DNA of 63,940 nt, filler included, from Octopus bimaculoides (Eukaryota): NCBI RefSeq assembly GCF_001194135.2. It is 4 parts of 4 records of this genome, joined end to end, with 100 filler letters (N's around TTAATTAATTAA, not from the genome) between each part and the next. Parts side by side here need not be neighbours in the genome. Positions count along the whole stretch, not along the records: positions 1 to 31,285 come from NC_068982.1; 3 more parts are not named here. One strand, given 5' to 3'. Position 1 is the first letter of the stretch, and every line of letters begins with the position of its first letter. The notes beneath the pieces are model-generated. The model was not told the origin of the DNA, ran no database searches, and saw nothing but the letters and a program-made list of their open reading frames with translations. This document shows, in pieces, positions 13,498-26,085 of the stretch. The position numbers were made by a program, and so were the translations under genes.

Positions 13498-14396
13498 TAC
13501 AAAGTCTGATCAATAAGTATCCGGACTGTTGCCATAGTAACGAAGCTAAAGCATGCAGAGTGAAGTTGCTTAGCAAAAATTGACCTTCAACTCTACTGTG
13601 CATGCACACTAAGTTTTAATGTTCTAGCTCACTTCCGCTGTTTACAGCAGTGCTTGGAATGAACGTGTGCATCGTGTGATCATCGCATTGACAATGAGAG
13701 AAAGTTGTCATGGTGATACCTGTTCAGAGGCCTATACAAAGTTGAGCAAAGTGTATAGAGAGGAGTGTATGAACTGCACACAAGTGTACAAGTGGTTCAG
13801 ACATTTCCAAGATGGGCAAAAAAATGTCAATATTGATGAATGTTCTTGAAGACCTGCAACCAGCAGAACTGAGAAAAACATCACAGATGTGTATGCAACT
13901 GTGAGGGGAAATCGTTTAGTCATCATCCAGGAGTTATAAGAGGATGTGCAGATTACTTACAGTTCAGTTAAGTTCATTATCACTGAAGATTTAGGTATGA
14001 GGCACGTGTCTACTGAGTTTGTGCCAAAACTTCTTTCAGCTGACCGAGAAGACACTCGAGTTTCAGTTGCACAAGATTTCCTTAATTGTGTCAAAAATAA
14101 TGAAAACTTTTTGAAAACTTTGTGCACGCCTCTGAGCAGGTATCACCAAGCTTTTGGCAAAATTTGATGCAGATTCTCTGATCAACTTTCTCTGTCATTG
14201 TCAATACGACAATCATATGATACACATGTTCCTTCAAAGCACTGCTGTAAACAACATAAGTAAGCTAGAATGTTAAAACTTTGTGCACATGCACAGCAGA
14301 GTTCAAGGTCAATCTGTGCCAAGCAGCTACATTCTGTGTGCTTTAGCTTCGTTACTATGGCAAGAGTTCAGATACTTATTGATCAGACCACTTGTA
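13498..14396. mobile_element. Fold-back mariner derivative (two inverted 5' ends)
   Basis: The left arm encodes a degraded mariner HTH (VYKWFRHFQDG...EDLGMRHVSTEFVPKLL). The right arm (about 14110-14396) is an inverted copy of TIR, 5' UTR and MTEKVDQRICIKFCQKLGDTCSEA. TA at both ends. Confidence 0.85.
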
Positions 14397-15637
14397 TATA
14401 TGTGTATAAGTTCATTCTTTGAATCTTCTGTTATGCTTCATAATGACCAGAACAACTATACTAATTTTCTCTTTCAGTATTATGTTTTGTTTTTATTATA
14501 TTTTACCTTTATTTATTTGACTTCATGTCTTTCAGTTTCAGCCTTTCTTAACAGTTTAATAATTTCTGACAACTTTTCTATTGATCCTATAAAGAAATTA
14601 GGTCGTTTATACAAAACAGTTCCCAGGGGCAATATGTCTTTGAATCCTCTTTTTAAAACCTTCATGAATAAGGTGGCAGTAAGAGAAAATATGAGCATTG
14701 TCTTCAATGACTCTCACTATGACTTCAAAATTCTACACTGAAAGAAATTAATGTTCAAGTCATTGCCACCATTATTAGTTTATATGTGTTATATGTGTGT
14801 ACTGCTGTAGATGCAGAATGAGGTCTTCTCTAGATCAACAAATAGGAAAGTAGCTTTCTTAAAGCTGTCTCACCAGATTTAATCCATCAGTAGGTTTGAC
14901 ATTATTTATACAGACAAAATTTTGTCCTGTCAATCTTAAATATACGCTGCTCTATTTTTTTCTGACTCATCCTATTAACTTCATTTGTAGTCTCTTAGCT
15001 TCATTCTGCTACAATTGCTCTTATGTAAAGCATACATTATGCATACATATTTATACAGATATGAGTATGTATGAAATGAAAGGGGAGAAATGTAAAAGCA
15101 TTTGCATTACTCATGGGGGTGCAATCCAAACTTTATGGAATACAAAATAAACTGAGAGCTACATATTGCTGAGTTGTTAAGATACTTTGATAAATGTGAT
15201 GTGAGAGATTTGGCTGCTATTTCTAGCTCCAGCTCAACTCTGACTGAGCAGATATTTGATTGAAGGTATTCTAGTCATGACCATACCATCTTTTTTGCAG
15301 GATATCTAGAACTACATTATTTAATACATGTTCTATCATTTTTTTTAAGACAAGGGGGTGAGATTTAGTTGCCTTTTCTAATAGGCTGTATGATGATGTA
15401 GCAATTTCATCATTTTAAGAGTCTTAATGGGTTGATAGGAGCCAGTGGCTCATTCATTGTTGATGGTGTTTAATAAATGAGAAATAAGGCTATCTTTTTA
15501 CTGGAGTAGGTAATAATTCCTCATGGCCAGACTTGCTTTCATAGAATATTGGAAATGAATAACACTGCTTGTATGACAACGACACTCATTTACAACTATC
15601 ATGTGATGTCAAGATATGGAGACACAAACACACATAT

Positions 15638-15683
<46 letters not shown>

Positions 15684-16197
15684 NNNNNNNNNNNNNNNNN
15701 NNNNNNNNNNNNNNNNNNNNNNNNNNNCACACACACACACACATGCACGCATACACCCACATGTATATCCAAGATGCAGACAAGTACCAGTGTCCCATGT
15801 GGCAGGCTTGATAATTACTGAGACATCTTCTCAGCATAAACAATTGTAGCTTTGTTAACCCATGGATAAAGATTATGTATCCACTCATTCTCACCGTCTG
15901 ATATTAGCACTTATATATATANNNNNNNNNNNNNNNNNNNNNNNNNNNNNNNNNNNNNNNNNNNNNNNNNNNNNNNNNNNNNNNNNNNNNNNNNNNNNNN
16001 NNNNNNNNNNNNNNNNNNNNNNNNNNNNNNNNNNNNNNNNNNNNNNNNNNNNNNNNNNNNNNNNNNNNNNNNNNNNNNNNNNNNNNNNNNNNNNNNNNNN
16101 NNNNNNNNNNNNNNNNNNNNNNNNNNNNNNNNNNNNNNNNNNNNNNNNNNNNNNNNNNNNNNNNNNNNNNATATATATATATATATATATATATATA

Positions 16198-16360
16198 CAG
16201 CAGGCTTCTTTCAGTTTCCATCTATCAAATCCACTCCCAAGGTTTTGGTTGGCTCAGAGAAGACATTTTCCCAAGGTGCTATAAGCAGGCTTGAACCCTC
16301 ATGTGGTGGGGAACCCACTAAACCAACATGCAGTCAGGAAGTAAGCTTCTTACTGCACAG
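16198..16360 (-). mobile_element. SINE family 1, 5' part
   Basis: Reverse match to the family-1 head and core. Confidence 0.7.
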
Positions 16361-16914
16361 AAGTGAAGTGACAATGACTTTGAAGTTTCAGCCAGTGGGC
16401 TTTGTCAGAAAGTCTGATGAAGACTAGCATACTGATATGACACCCCACTTCTTGCAAAAGTTTAATAAACATATACTCACCTAAAAATACTTCTTCTAAA
16501 CTAAAAGCACTAAAAATAATTCTTTACTTTAATGTTAAATTATTTTTATATATAACTTGACATAAGAACAAGTCTGGCCGTATAGCCTTTTCTGTTTATT
16601 TTACTGTTTCATTTTTCTGTCTTGTTTACTGTCCGCCACTACATTCCTCCATGGTACAAATTTAATTTGTTGTCCGTGGGAAGAGTCATTTTAACAATGC
16701 GTCCTGCCCTAACTCTTCGAAACGCCAGTGTTAGAATGGTGGCAGCTGATGAAGGAAATGTTCTCTATGTGGCCTGTGTGTTTTCTGTACTCTGTTCCTC
16801 ATTTTGTCTGTTTTGTTTGCAACGTCCTGTACCCAGAAATGCAACTATATATACAGGTAGATGTAGGTATGTATATACATGTACGTATATATGCATATAC
16901 TCATTTATTATTTA

Positions 16915-17513
16915 TATGGGCTGAGGTGGTGAGGCAAGACCTTCGAACATTGGGCCTCNNNNNNNNNNNNNNNNNNNNNNNNNNNNNNNNNNNNNNNNNN
17001 NNNNNNNNNNNNNNNNNNNNNNNNNNNNNNNNNNNNNNNNNNNNNNNNNNNNNNNNNNNNNNNNNNNNNNNNNNNNNNNNNNNNNNNNNNNNNNNNNNNN
17101 NNNNNNNNNNNNNNNNNNNNNNNNNNNNNNNNNNNNNNNNNNNNNNNNNNNNNNNNNNNNNNNNNNNNNNNNNNNNNNNNNNNATCCTGAGCGTGACCGT
17201 TACCAGTACCGCCTGACTGGCCTTGTAGGGTTTTCGAGCGAGATCGTTGCCAGTGCCCCTGGACTGGCTCTTGTGCGGGTGGCACATAAAAGACACCATT
17301 TCGAGCATGGCCGTTTTCGTGCAGGTGACACGTAAAAGCACCCACTACACTCTCTGAGTGGTTGGCGTTAGGAAGGGCATCCAGCTGTAGAAACTCTGCC
17401 AAATTAGATTGGAGCCTGATGTAGCCATCCGGTTGCACCAGTCCTCAGTCAAATCATCCAACCCATGCTAGCATGGAAAGCGGACGTTAAACGATGATGA
17501 TGATGATGATGAT
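16915..17513 (+). mobile_element. 5'-truncated RTE-clade LINE 3' end (spans a gap)
   Basis: WAEVVRQDLRTLGL C-terminal RT remnant, 3' UTR, and tail ggacgttaaac(GAT)n. Confidence 0.8.
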
Positions 17514-17924
17514 ATATATGGATATAGATATAGATATAGATCCAATAAAGGTAGAATCAACAAAAATGTATTCCAACCAGTGAGAGATAAATATAAGTTT
17601 AATACACAACCAAAAGAGCTACAAATAGTTTCATGCTTTTATGAGACTTTAACTAGGCATATTTATAAAATACAACATGTATCTCCAGGCAATCGTTCAG
17701 TCTGTGTTCATGTGTTATATATATATTTCAAAAACAAGGATGCTGGGCAGTGAGAAAATAAAAATAAAAGTGAAAAAAAAAATGTGAAGAAAGTTGATGC
17801 AAAGAAAAAAAGGAATGAGAAGCAAAAAACGAAATCAAGAAAAATAAGATCCCAATCCGCCCTGATTACAGAAACCACAATTAATACAGCTGTATAGAGC
17901 AAAATAGTGTAGTAGGGCTTTTTA

Positions 17925-18325
17925 CATGCCATTGGCACAGGAGCCAGTCTGGTGGCACTAGCATCGACCACGCCTGAATGGTGCTTTCCACATACCACTG
18001 GTACGGGTGCCAGTCAGGCAGCACTGGTATCAGTCATACTTGAATGGTGCTTTTTACATGCCACTGGCACAGGTGCCAGTCAGGCAGAACTGGCATCAAC
18101 CACACTGGAATGGTGCTTTTTATGTACCACCAGCATAGGTGCCAGTCAGGCAGCACGGGCATTGGCCACACTTGAATGGTGCTTTCTACGTGTTACCAGC
18201 ACTGGTGGTAGTCAGGCAGCACTGGCATTGGCCACAACTACAATTTCACTTGACTCAACACATTTTCTCAAGCACAGGCCGACGATTGAAGGGTACTTTT
18301 AAACGGGCCAGTTATGTTACACTGG
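17925..18325 (-). mobile_element. RTE LINE 3' fragment with about 5 x 66-bp tandem units
   Basis: tggtgc recurs at 17979, 18045, 18111 and 18177 (period 66). Confidence 0.75.
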
Positions 18326-18342
18326 CATATATATATATATAT

Positions 18343-18632
18343 ATCATCATCATCATCATCATCGTTTAACGTCCGCTTTCCATGCTGGCATGGGTTGGAC
18401 GATTTGACTGAGGACTGGTGAAACCGGATGGCAACACCAGGCTCCAATCTAATTTGGCAGAGTTTCTCCAGCTGGATGCCCTTCCTAATGCCAACCACTC
18501 CGAGAGTGTAGTGGGTGCTTTTACGTGTCACCTGCACGAGGGCCAGTCAGGCGGTAGTGGCAACGGCCACGCTCAAAATGGTGTCTTTTATGTGCCACCC
18601 GCACAAGAGCCAGTCCAGGGGCACTGGCAACG
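18343..18632 (-). mobile_element. Young RTE LINE 3' end, truncated by a gap
   Basis: (CAT)n-gtttaacgtcc tail; inverted relative to the 17184-17513 copy. Confidence 0.85.
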
Positions 18633-19807
18633 NNNNNNNNNNNNNNNNNNNNNNNNNNNNNNNNNNNNNNNNNNNNNNNNNNNNNNNNNNNNNNNNNNNN
18701 NNNNNNNNNNNNNNNNNNNNNNNNNNNNNNNNNNNNNNNNNNNNNNNNNNNNNNNNNNNNNNNNNNNNNNNNNNNNNNNNNNNNNNNNNNNNNNNNNNNN
18801 NNNNNNNNNNNNNNNNNNNNNNNNNNNNNNNNNNNNNNNNNNNNNNNNNNNNNNNNNNNNNNNNNNNNNNNNNNNNNNNNNNNNNNNNNNNNNNNNNNNN
18901 NNNNNNNNNNNNNNNNNNNNNNNNNNNNNNNNNNNNNNNNNNNNNNNNNNNNNNNNNNNNNNNNNNNNNNNNNNNNNNNNNNNNNNNNNNNNNNNNNNNN
19001 NNNNNNNNNNNNNNNNNNNNNNNNNNNNNNNNNNNNNNNNNNNNNNNNNNNNNNNNNNNNNNNNNNNNNNNNNNNNNNNNNNNNNNNNNNNNNNNNNNNN
19101 NNNNNNNNNNNNNNNNNNNNNNNNNNNNNNNNNNNNNNNNNNNNNNNNNNNNNNNNNNNNNNNNNNNNNNNNNNNNNNNNNNNNNNNNNNNNNNNNNNNN
19201 NNNNNNNNNNNNNNNNNNNNNNNNNNNNNNNNNNNNNNNNNNNNNNNNNNNNNNNNNNNNNNNNNNNNNNNNNNNNNNNNNNNNNNNNNNNNNNNNNNNN
19301 NNNNNNNNNNNNNNNNNNNNNNNNNNNNNNNNNNNNNNNNNNNNNNNNNNNNNNNNNNNNNNNNNNNNNNNNNNNNNNNNNNNNNNNNNNNNNNNNNNNN
19401 NNNNNNNNNNNNNNNNNNNNNNNNNNNNNNNNNNNNNNNNNNNNNNNNNNNNNNNNNNNNNNNNNNNNNNNNNNNNNNNNNNNNNNNNNNNNNNNNNNNN
19501 NNNNNNNNNNNNNNNNNNNNNNNNNNNNNNNNNNNNNNNNNNNNNNNNNNNNNNNNNNNNNNNNNNNTAGAAGTTGTTTCCTGTTTGTTTACAGTGTTTA
19601 TTGCACCTGAACATCTGCCACATACAAAAACTAACTTCGTAGTTAATCTGCCTTTGATATTGCTGCACCTCTTATGTGTCCATAGCTTGCACCGGGTACA
19701 TCTTATAGAGTTACTACCTACTCCTTTTCTACATACCGAGCAGGGCCATCTACCTGAAAGGGCCTTGTGTTTTATCTACCTTCCTACTTATTAGGATTTT
19801 GGTTTTG

Positions 19808-20960
19808 TCATCATCATCATCATCATCACCATTGTCTACTATCTGTCTTCCATGCTGGCATGTATTAGATGGTTTGACAATAATTGCCAAGCCAGAGAAC
19901 TGTCCTGGTTCCAATTGTCTGTTTGGCATGGTTTCTACTATCCAACCACTTTACAGAGTGTGCTTGGTACTTTTTAAGTGCTACTGGCATGGATGTTTCT
20001 TACGTGGCACCAGCATGAGTATGTTGTATATGGCACTAGCAATGTGCATTTTATGTGGAACTGGCACTAGTGCATTTAACATGGCACCCGCATGGGTGCA
20101 TTGGCACTGGCATCTGCCAGTCAAAGTTCTCTCTGCTGAGAGAGGGAGTAGTAGCATGGCCATAAGGTACATGTATGTATGGCTCCAATTTCATTAGCTT
20201 GATGTATCTTCTCAAGTACAGCAAATAGCCAGAGGTCTCAGTTCCTTATCATCTCCTTTGTGAGGCCCAGCATCTGAAGATTCTTTCTCACCACTTTGTC
20301 CCGCATCTTCCTGGATCTACTCCATCCACAAGATCACTTCACAATTAAAGATCAGCACTTCTTTATGCAGCTGTTCTCATCTATATGCATCACATGACCA
20401 TTCCAGCACAGCCTTCTCACTTTCATACAATGTATGATGCCTCTTATACCCAGTTTTTCTCTAAAGTCATTTACACTCTGTTGTATGTGCATACTGACAT
20501 TACTCATCCAGCAGGTATGCTGACCTCATTTCTTTCAAGCCTTTGCATGTCCTCTGTAGTCATAGCCCATGTTTCACTGCCATGTAGCATAGTTGAACAA
20601 TCTGCCTTTCACTCTGATGGAGAAGACCTTTGTTACCAACAAATGTAGTATCTCCCTGAACTTTGCCCAGCCCATTCTTATTTTAGCAACTAAGTTTTCA
20701 GAACCTCCTCTTCTTGATAGCCCAGGTAACAGAAGCAATCTCCTACTTCTAAGGATCCCCCCAGGCATTGCAGGAAGTCTATTCTCTGGACATTCCTTTT
20801 GCTTGTTGTACCTGCACATTTTCCACACACAAAAAACTATTTTCTCTGTTAACCTTCTTGTGATACTTGTTATGTCTTTGGAGTTTCTCCCAACACACTT
20901 CTTATATATAGAGTAGAACTATCCCCCAGCGATTTGTCTGTTTTCTTACTTACTAGGACT
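19808..20960 (-). mobile_element. Older RTE LINE 3' portion with RT C-terminus
   Basis: GGSENLVAKIRMGWAKFREILHLLVTKVFSIRVKGRLF (ORF 20574-20828), followed by the 3' UTR and a (GAT)n tail. Confidence 0.85.
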
Positions 20961-21119
20961 TTGGTCTTTGTTAAATTAACTCTAAGGCTCTTTTATTCTT
21001 GACCTTGCTTCTACACCTGACATGTCTTCTCTAGTTCAGGTAGTGATTCAGCTATAAGAACATGGTCATCAGCATAGAGAAGTTCTCAGAAGCAGCCAGT
21101 CTTGAATTCCTCTGTTATG

Positions 21120-22152
21120 GCATCCTTACTTGTTTTTCTAAAATGCACCATAAATGTTCAATAATATTGAGATCTGGGGACTGTGGTGGTCAGATAAGAT
21201 GTTCAACTTCACTAGAATGTTCCTCGTGCCATTCAGTAACAATTTTAGCTGTGTGAATTGGTGCATTATCATCCTGAAACATTGTGTTTCCGTCTGGAAA
21301 CAGTTTCACAGCCATAGGATGAATTTGATCAGATAAAATGCTTAAATAATCTTGACTATTAATTCTGCCATGAAGAGAAGCCATTGGGCTGGCAGATTTC
21401 CAAGATATAGCCCCCACCACCCAGATCATTACAGATCCTCCTCCCTGTTTAACAGTTGGAAGTAGGCGGTCTGGGTCAAATGCTTCTTTTGGCTGTCTCC
21501 ACACGTATACTCTGCCGGTAGTTGAAAATAAGGTAAAGGATGACTTGTCCGAGAAAATAACATTCTTCCACTGCTCTAGGGACTATTTCTGTAGGTTTTT
21601 ACTCCACTCTAAATGCTTTGCAACGTTTGTTTTTGAAAGTAGTGGTTTTCTTATTGCAGCCCTCTCGTGAAATCCGTCTTTGTGCAGCTCCCAGTGAATA
21701 GTTTTTGTGGAAACTGGGTTCTTGAGGTGGTCATTAAGCTCTGCTATAATTTTGGGAGCTGTACTTTTGTGATCCTTTCTAACAATTTGTGTAAAAGTCT
21801 GATGGTCCCCATCTGAAAGTTTTGGTTTTCTTCCGGAGTTTTGTTTTGACGAGGAGGTTTTTCCCTCTTTCTCAAAGGCTGTCATTACTTTCAAGACACT
21901 ACTTCTTGATACACCAAACATTTCAGCTGTTTTCATTACGCTAGTGCTTGCCATATGAGCACTAACAATTTGACCTCTTTGAAAGTCGGATAGATTTGTC
22001 ATTTTAATGAGTTTTAATTAGCTTTGTTCTGATGATATCTGAAAAGAAACAGCAATTTTAGCAAAACATATTAAGCAACACTAATAATAAATCAAAAAGC
22101 ATAAAAATAAACAAGCTTTTGATGGTTTTATAGATATTTCAAAATTATGATA
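21120..22152 (-). mobile_element. Tc1-superfamily transposon with DD36E transposase (pseudogenised)
   Basis: MTNLSDFQRGQIV HTH, GRKPKLS, VIFSD, FQDDNAPIH and PPQSPDLNIIEHLW. Two Trp>stop changes. 36 residues lie between the second D and the E. Confidence 0.9.
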
Positions 22153-23342
22153 NNNNNNNNNNNNNNNNNNNNNNNNNNNNNNNNNNNNNNNNNNNNNNNN
22201 NNNNNNNNNNNNNNNNNNNNNNNNNNNNNNNNNNNNNNNNNNNNNNNNNNNNNNNNNNNNNNNNNNNNNNNNNNNNNNNNNNNNNNNNNNNNNNNNNNNN
22301 NNNNNNNNNNNNNNNNNNNNNNNNNNNNNNNNNNNNNNNNNNNNNNNNNNNNNNNNNNNNNNNNNNNNNNNNNNNNNNNNNNNNNNNNNNNNNNNNNNNN
22401 NNNNNNNNNNNNNNNNNNNNNNNNNNNNNNNNNNNNNNNNNNNNNNNNNNNNNNNNNNNNNNNNNNNNNNNNNNNNNNNNNNNNNNNNNNNNNNNNNNNN
22501 NNNNNNNNNNNNNNNNNNNNNNNNNNNNNNNNNNNNNNNNNNNNNNNNNNNNNNNNNNNNNNNNNNNNNNNNNNNNNNNNNNNNNNNNNNNNNNNNNNNN
22601 NNNNNNNNNNNNNNNNNNNNNNNNNNNNNNNNNNNNNNNNNNNNNNNNNNNNNNNNNNNNNNNNNNNNNNNNNNNNNNNNNNNNNNNNNNNNNNNNNNNN
22701 NNNNNNNNNNNNNNNNNNNNNNNNNNNNNNNNNNNNNNNNNNNNNNNNNNNNNNNNNNNNNNNNNNNNNNNNNNNNNNNNNNNNNNNNNNNNNNNNNNNN
22801 NNNNNNNNNNNNNNNNNNNNNNNNNNNNNNNNNNNNNNNNNNNNNNNNNNNNNNNNNNNNNNNNNNNNNNNNNNNNNNNNNNNNNNNNNNNNNNNNNNNN
22901 NNNNNNNNNNNNNNNNNNNNNNNNNNNNNNNNNNNNNNNNNNNNNNNNNNNNNNNNNNNNNNNNNNNNNNNNNNNNNNNNNNNNNNNNNNNNNNNNNNNN
23001 NNNNNNNNNNNNNNNNNNNNNNNNNNTAGGTGAGCCCTTCCTCTATCATTTCTTTACTCCTCTTCACCCCTTTGTAAACTGTCTTCCTCTTTTCTCTATT
23101 CTACTTGCATCTTTCCACCTCCCCCCCCCATACACTCACCATTCCTTCAGTGTTCTGCTTTGTTATAACCAGAAATGGCTCTGACAAAAGTAGCATTATT
23201 AAGTTGTTCAATTTTTCTCAATTGATCAATAGACCAATTGAGTAAACATATCAGTAATGTACCTATAATGACCACTGGAAACAGCTGTAAGCCAAATTTG
23301 CTCCAGTAAAGAAAAAATATGCAATGACCATTATTTTTAGCA

Positions 23343-23690
23343 TGTTTTATATTTATATATGGAGGAGCACTCTGTCAGTTATGATGACGAGGGTCTCAGC
23401 TGATACGATCAATGGAACAGCTTGCTCGTGAATTTAACATGTAAGTGGGCGAGCACTTCAGAGACATGAGTACCCTTAATGTAGTTCTCAGGGAGATTCA
23501 GCATGACACAAAGTGTAACAAGGCTGGGCCTTTGAAACACAGTTACTACTCATTTTTGCCAGCTGAGTGAACTGGAGCAACATGAAATAAAGTGTCTTGC
23601 TCAAGAATACAACGCACTGCCAGGAATTGAACTCATGACCTTATGATCGTGAGCCAAATACCCTGACCACTTAGCCACGGGCTTTCTTTA
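23343..23690 (-). mobile_element. tRNA-derived SINE, family 3
   Basis: On the minus strand: A box tggctaagtgg, B box gagttcaattcc and central ttgagcaagacactttatttcatgttgctccag; second copy at 25785-26085. Confidence 0.8.
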
Positions 23691-23705
23691 TATGTATATA
23701 TATAT

Positions 23706-24980
23706 TGATGCGACCACCGAAAATACAAATTAGTGTTGTATCCCTATCTCCCAAGCTAGGTTTTGAAACCGTATTCTGGTTGTTGGGGACAATGGCATTT
23801 CCTTTGTCTTGTCAGCAACCACAGCTATTTTTAGCGTAGGAGTGATCGCTGCCTCTTTCCGGTCAGCGAAAGTTCAGAAAGGCAGGATAGGAATTGTACT
23901 GAACTGACCCAGCNNNNNNNNNNNNNNNNNNNNNNNNNNNNNNNNNNNNNNNNNNNNNNNGGTTTTGAAACCGTATTCTGGTTGTTGGGGACAATGGCAT
24001 TTCCTTTGTCTTGTCAGCAACCACAGCTATTTTTAGCGTAGGAGTGATCGCTGCCTCTTTCCGGTCAGCGAAAGTTCAGAAAGGTAGGATAGGAATTGTA
24101 CTGAACTGACCCAGCTTTGGGAGGGAGTAAAGTATTGGGCTACGGTATTTGTGAGAAATATGAGAACAGGAATTGGCGCGAAGCAGTCGGCGAGGATTTG
24201 GGGGCAGTCGAGTGGTAGTAGTCGGCCGAAGCAGTTGGCGAGGATTTTGGGTGGCAGTCGAGTTGTACAGGCGAGTTGGCCGAAGAGATGAAGTGAAGAT
24301 GAGAATGATAAGTCTGACAGAGAGAAAGCTATAGTCAGCAGAAATGCATAGAGTCTCAGAGAGAGAGGGACAGAGAGATGGGATTCTGGCAGAAAAAGAG
24401 ATAGCAGTAGTCAGTTGTTTACCTCTTGGATTATAGTGAGTTTGAAAGAAAGGAAGTTATTACAGCAAAGGTTTGTCTAAATATTCTTCCAAGAAAAATG
24501 TACTTGTCGTTATGATGTATAAAGAAAAAGAACTGTTAACTTTGGTGTAACTTAAAAGAGAAAGAAAAGAAAGAACTTTTACATGTGGTGTAAAAGAAAA
24601 CAAAGAAAAGAAAGAACTTTTAAAGGACTCGATGTAAGAACTCTTGTTTATGTAATGATTGCAAACCCTTGATTATGTTCCATGCGCTATTATATGCTAT
24701 TGAATTTATTATTACACAATGTTTTATTCTGATGTATTGATGTAATGTTTTATTATGATGTTTGATGTTAAAAGAAAAGGTTAGTTCCGCTACCCAACGT
24801 ATGGTCCCCGTGTTGTTTCTTCCTCCCCTCCTTTTGCCTGTGTTGTTCTTCACTGTGTGCTCCGGCTGGAGCTTATTGGTGGCCATGGTGAGTGTGCCGA
24901 CTCACAGAGTGTTCGACGTTCGCACGTGCGCGAGTTCTCTCTTCGTTAAGGAGGTGCTTCGCGTGCAGGCGTTCGTAACA
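23706..24980. mobile_element. Solo-LTR-like sequence inserted in an (AT)n tract
   Basis: TG...TAACA ends flanked by atatat; no ORF. May be two fused LTR fragments. Confidence 0.35.
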
Positions 24981-25027
24981 ATATATGTGTGTGTGTGTGT
25001 GTGTGTGTGTATGTATATGCATATGTA

Positions 25028-25230
25028 AGCCGTCCCATTCCAGACACCTAACTGACACTCTGAGCAGAACTTACCTGCAGGTATCGGTAGTACAAATCAG
25101 AGGTGCAATCTGTGGGTGTTTTTTCAAAACATTGTCTGGTTTAAAAAGCCACATCAGACGCCATGAAAGGGCTAAGGTGTAGGTGCAGGAGGTGGTCAAA
25201 CTCTGTGTAAGGAGTAGACAACCACCATAT
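25028..25230 (+). mobile_element. 3' end of a second RTE-type LINE (C-terminal zinc-finger remnant)
   Basis: AICGCFFKTLSGLKSHIRRH* followed by a short 3' UTR. Confidence 0.55.
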
Positions 25231-25784
25231 GCATATGTATTCGTGTGTGTGTGTGTGTTTGTGTTTGTGTGAGTGTGTGTATTTACAAAATCATATAATT
25301 TATAGACATTACTTCATAACCATGCAACCATGACTCTCTATCCAGAATATATAGTCAAGATAATTTTAAGGAGTGGTGGGGGATGGAGTTGTAGCTATTG
25401 TGTCTCTTGTCTTACAATCTAAGTGAACACAACTATGGAAATTGACAACTTACCTCCTCCCCTTCATTCATGTCAGTTCAAGGTCTTATGTTATTACAAC
25501 AAAAGAGAAATAGACTGCTATATATTATCATTATCGTATGAAGCCCTTTGTAAATCAAGTATGAGACTTGTTTTATATGTGTATTTTCATCCATTTTCAC
25601 TTTATCTATGTTGCTAATATGTAGAGAAAGAAAGAAGAAAGCATGAATGTTACAACCTCAATCTGCTTTCATTAGAGCCTTGGATAGAATGTCTTGCAGT
25701 AATTGTTTGGACTATCTGCACTCTGAATTCAAATCCCATTGCGATCAACCATGCCTTTGACCCATTTAGGTTAACTGGTACACC

Positions 25785-26085
25785 ATTGGTTACGATGGCA
25801 AGGGTTCTCCAGTTTATCCAATGGAACAGCTTGCTCATGAAATTAATGTGCAAATGGCTGGGCACTCCACAGACACGTAGTTCTCAGTGTGATTCAGCAT
25901 GACACAGGATGTGACAAGGCTGGCCCTTTGAAACACACGTTTTACTTGTTTTTGCCAATTGAGTGGACTGGAGCAGCATGAAATAAGGCGTTATACTTAA
26001 GGACACAATGCACTGCCAGAAATTGAACTTGCAACCTTATGATCATGAGCCGAACAACCTAACCACTACACCACATGACTTCTCA
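25785..26085 (-). mobile_element. SINE family 3 copy
   Basis: Colinear with 23343-23690. Confidence 0.75.

Noticed and set aside
17925-18240. Possible CRISPR-like array of hairpin repeats
   Set aside because: The units are contiguous and degenerate with no unique spacers, there are no cas genes, and the context is a eukaryotic LINE.
17952-18302. ORF with 22-aa repeats (WCF..TGTGASQAAL), with similar ORFs at 57403, 53352 and 57969
   Set aside because: Antisense reading of the 66-bp RTE 3' UTR units, recurring wherever the repeat is inserted.
23759-24115. 155-bp direct repeat either side of a 47-N gap
   Set aside because: Only one mismatch and it abuts the gap, so it is an unmerged contig or haplotype overlap.
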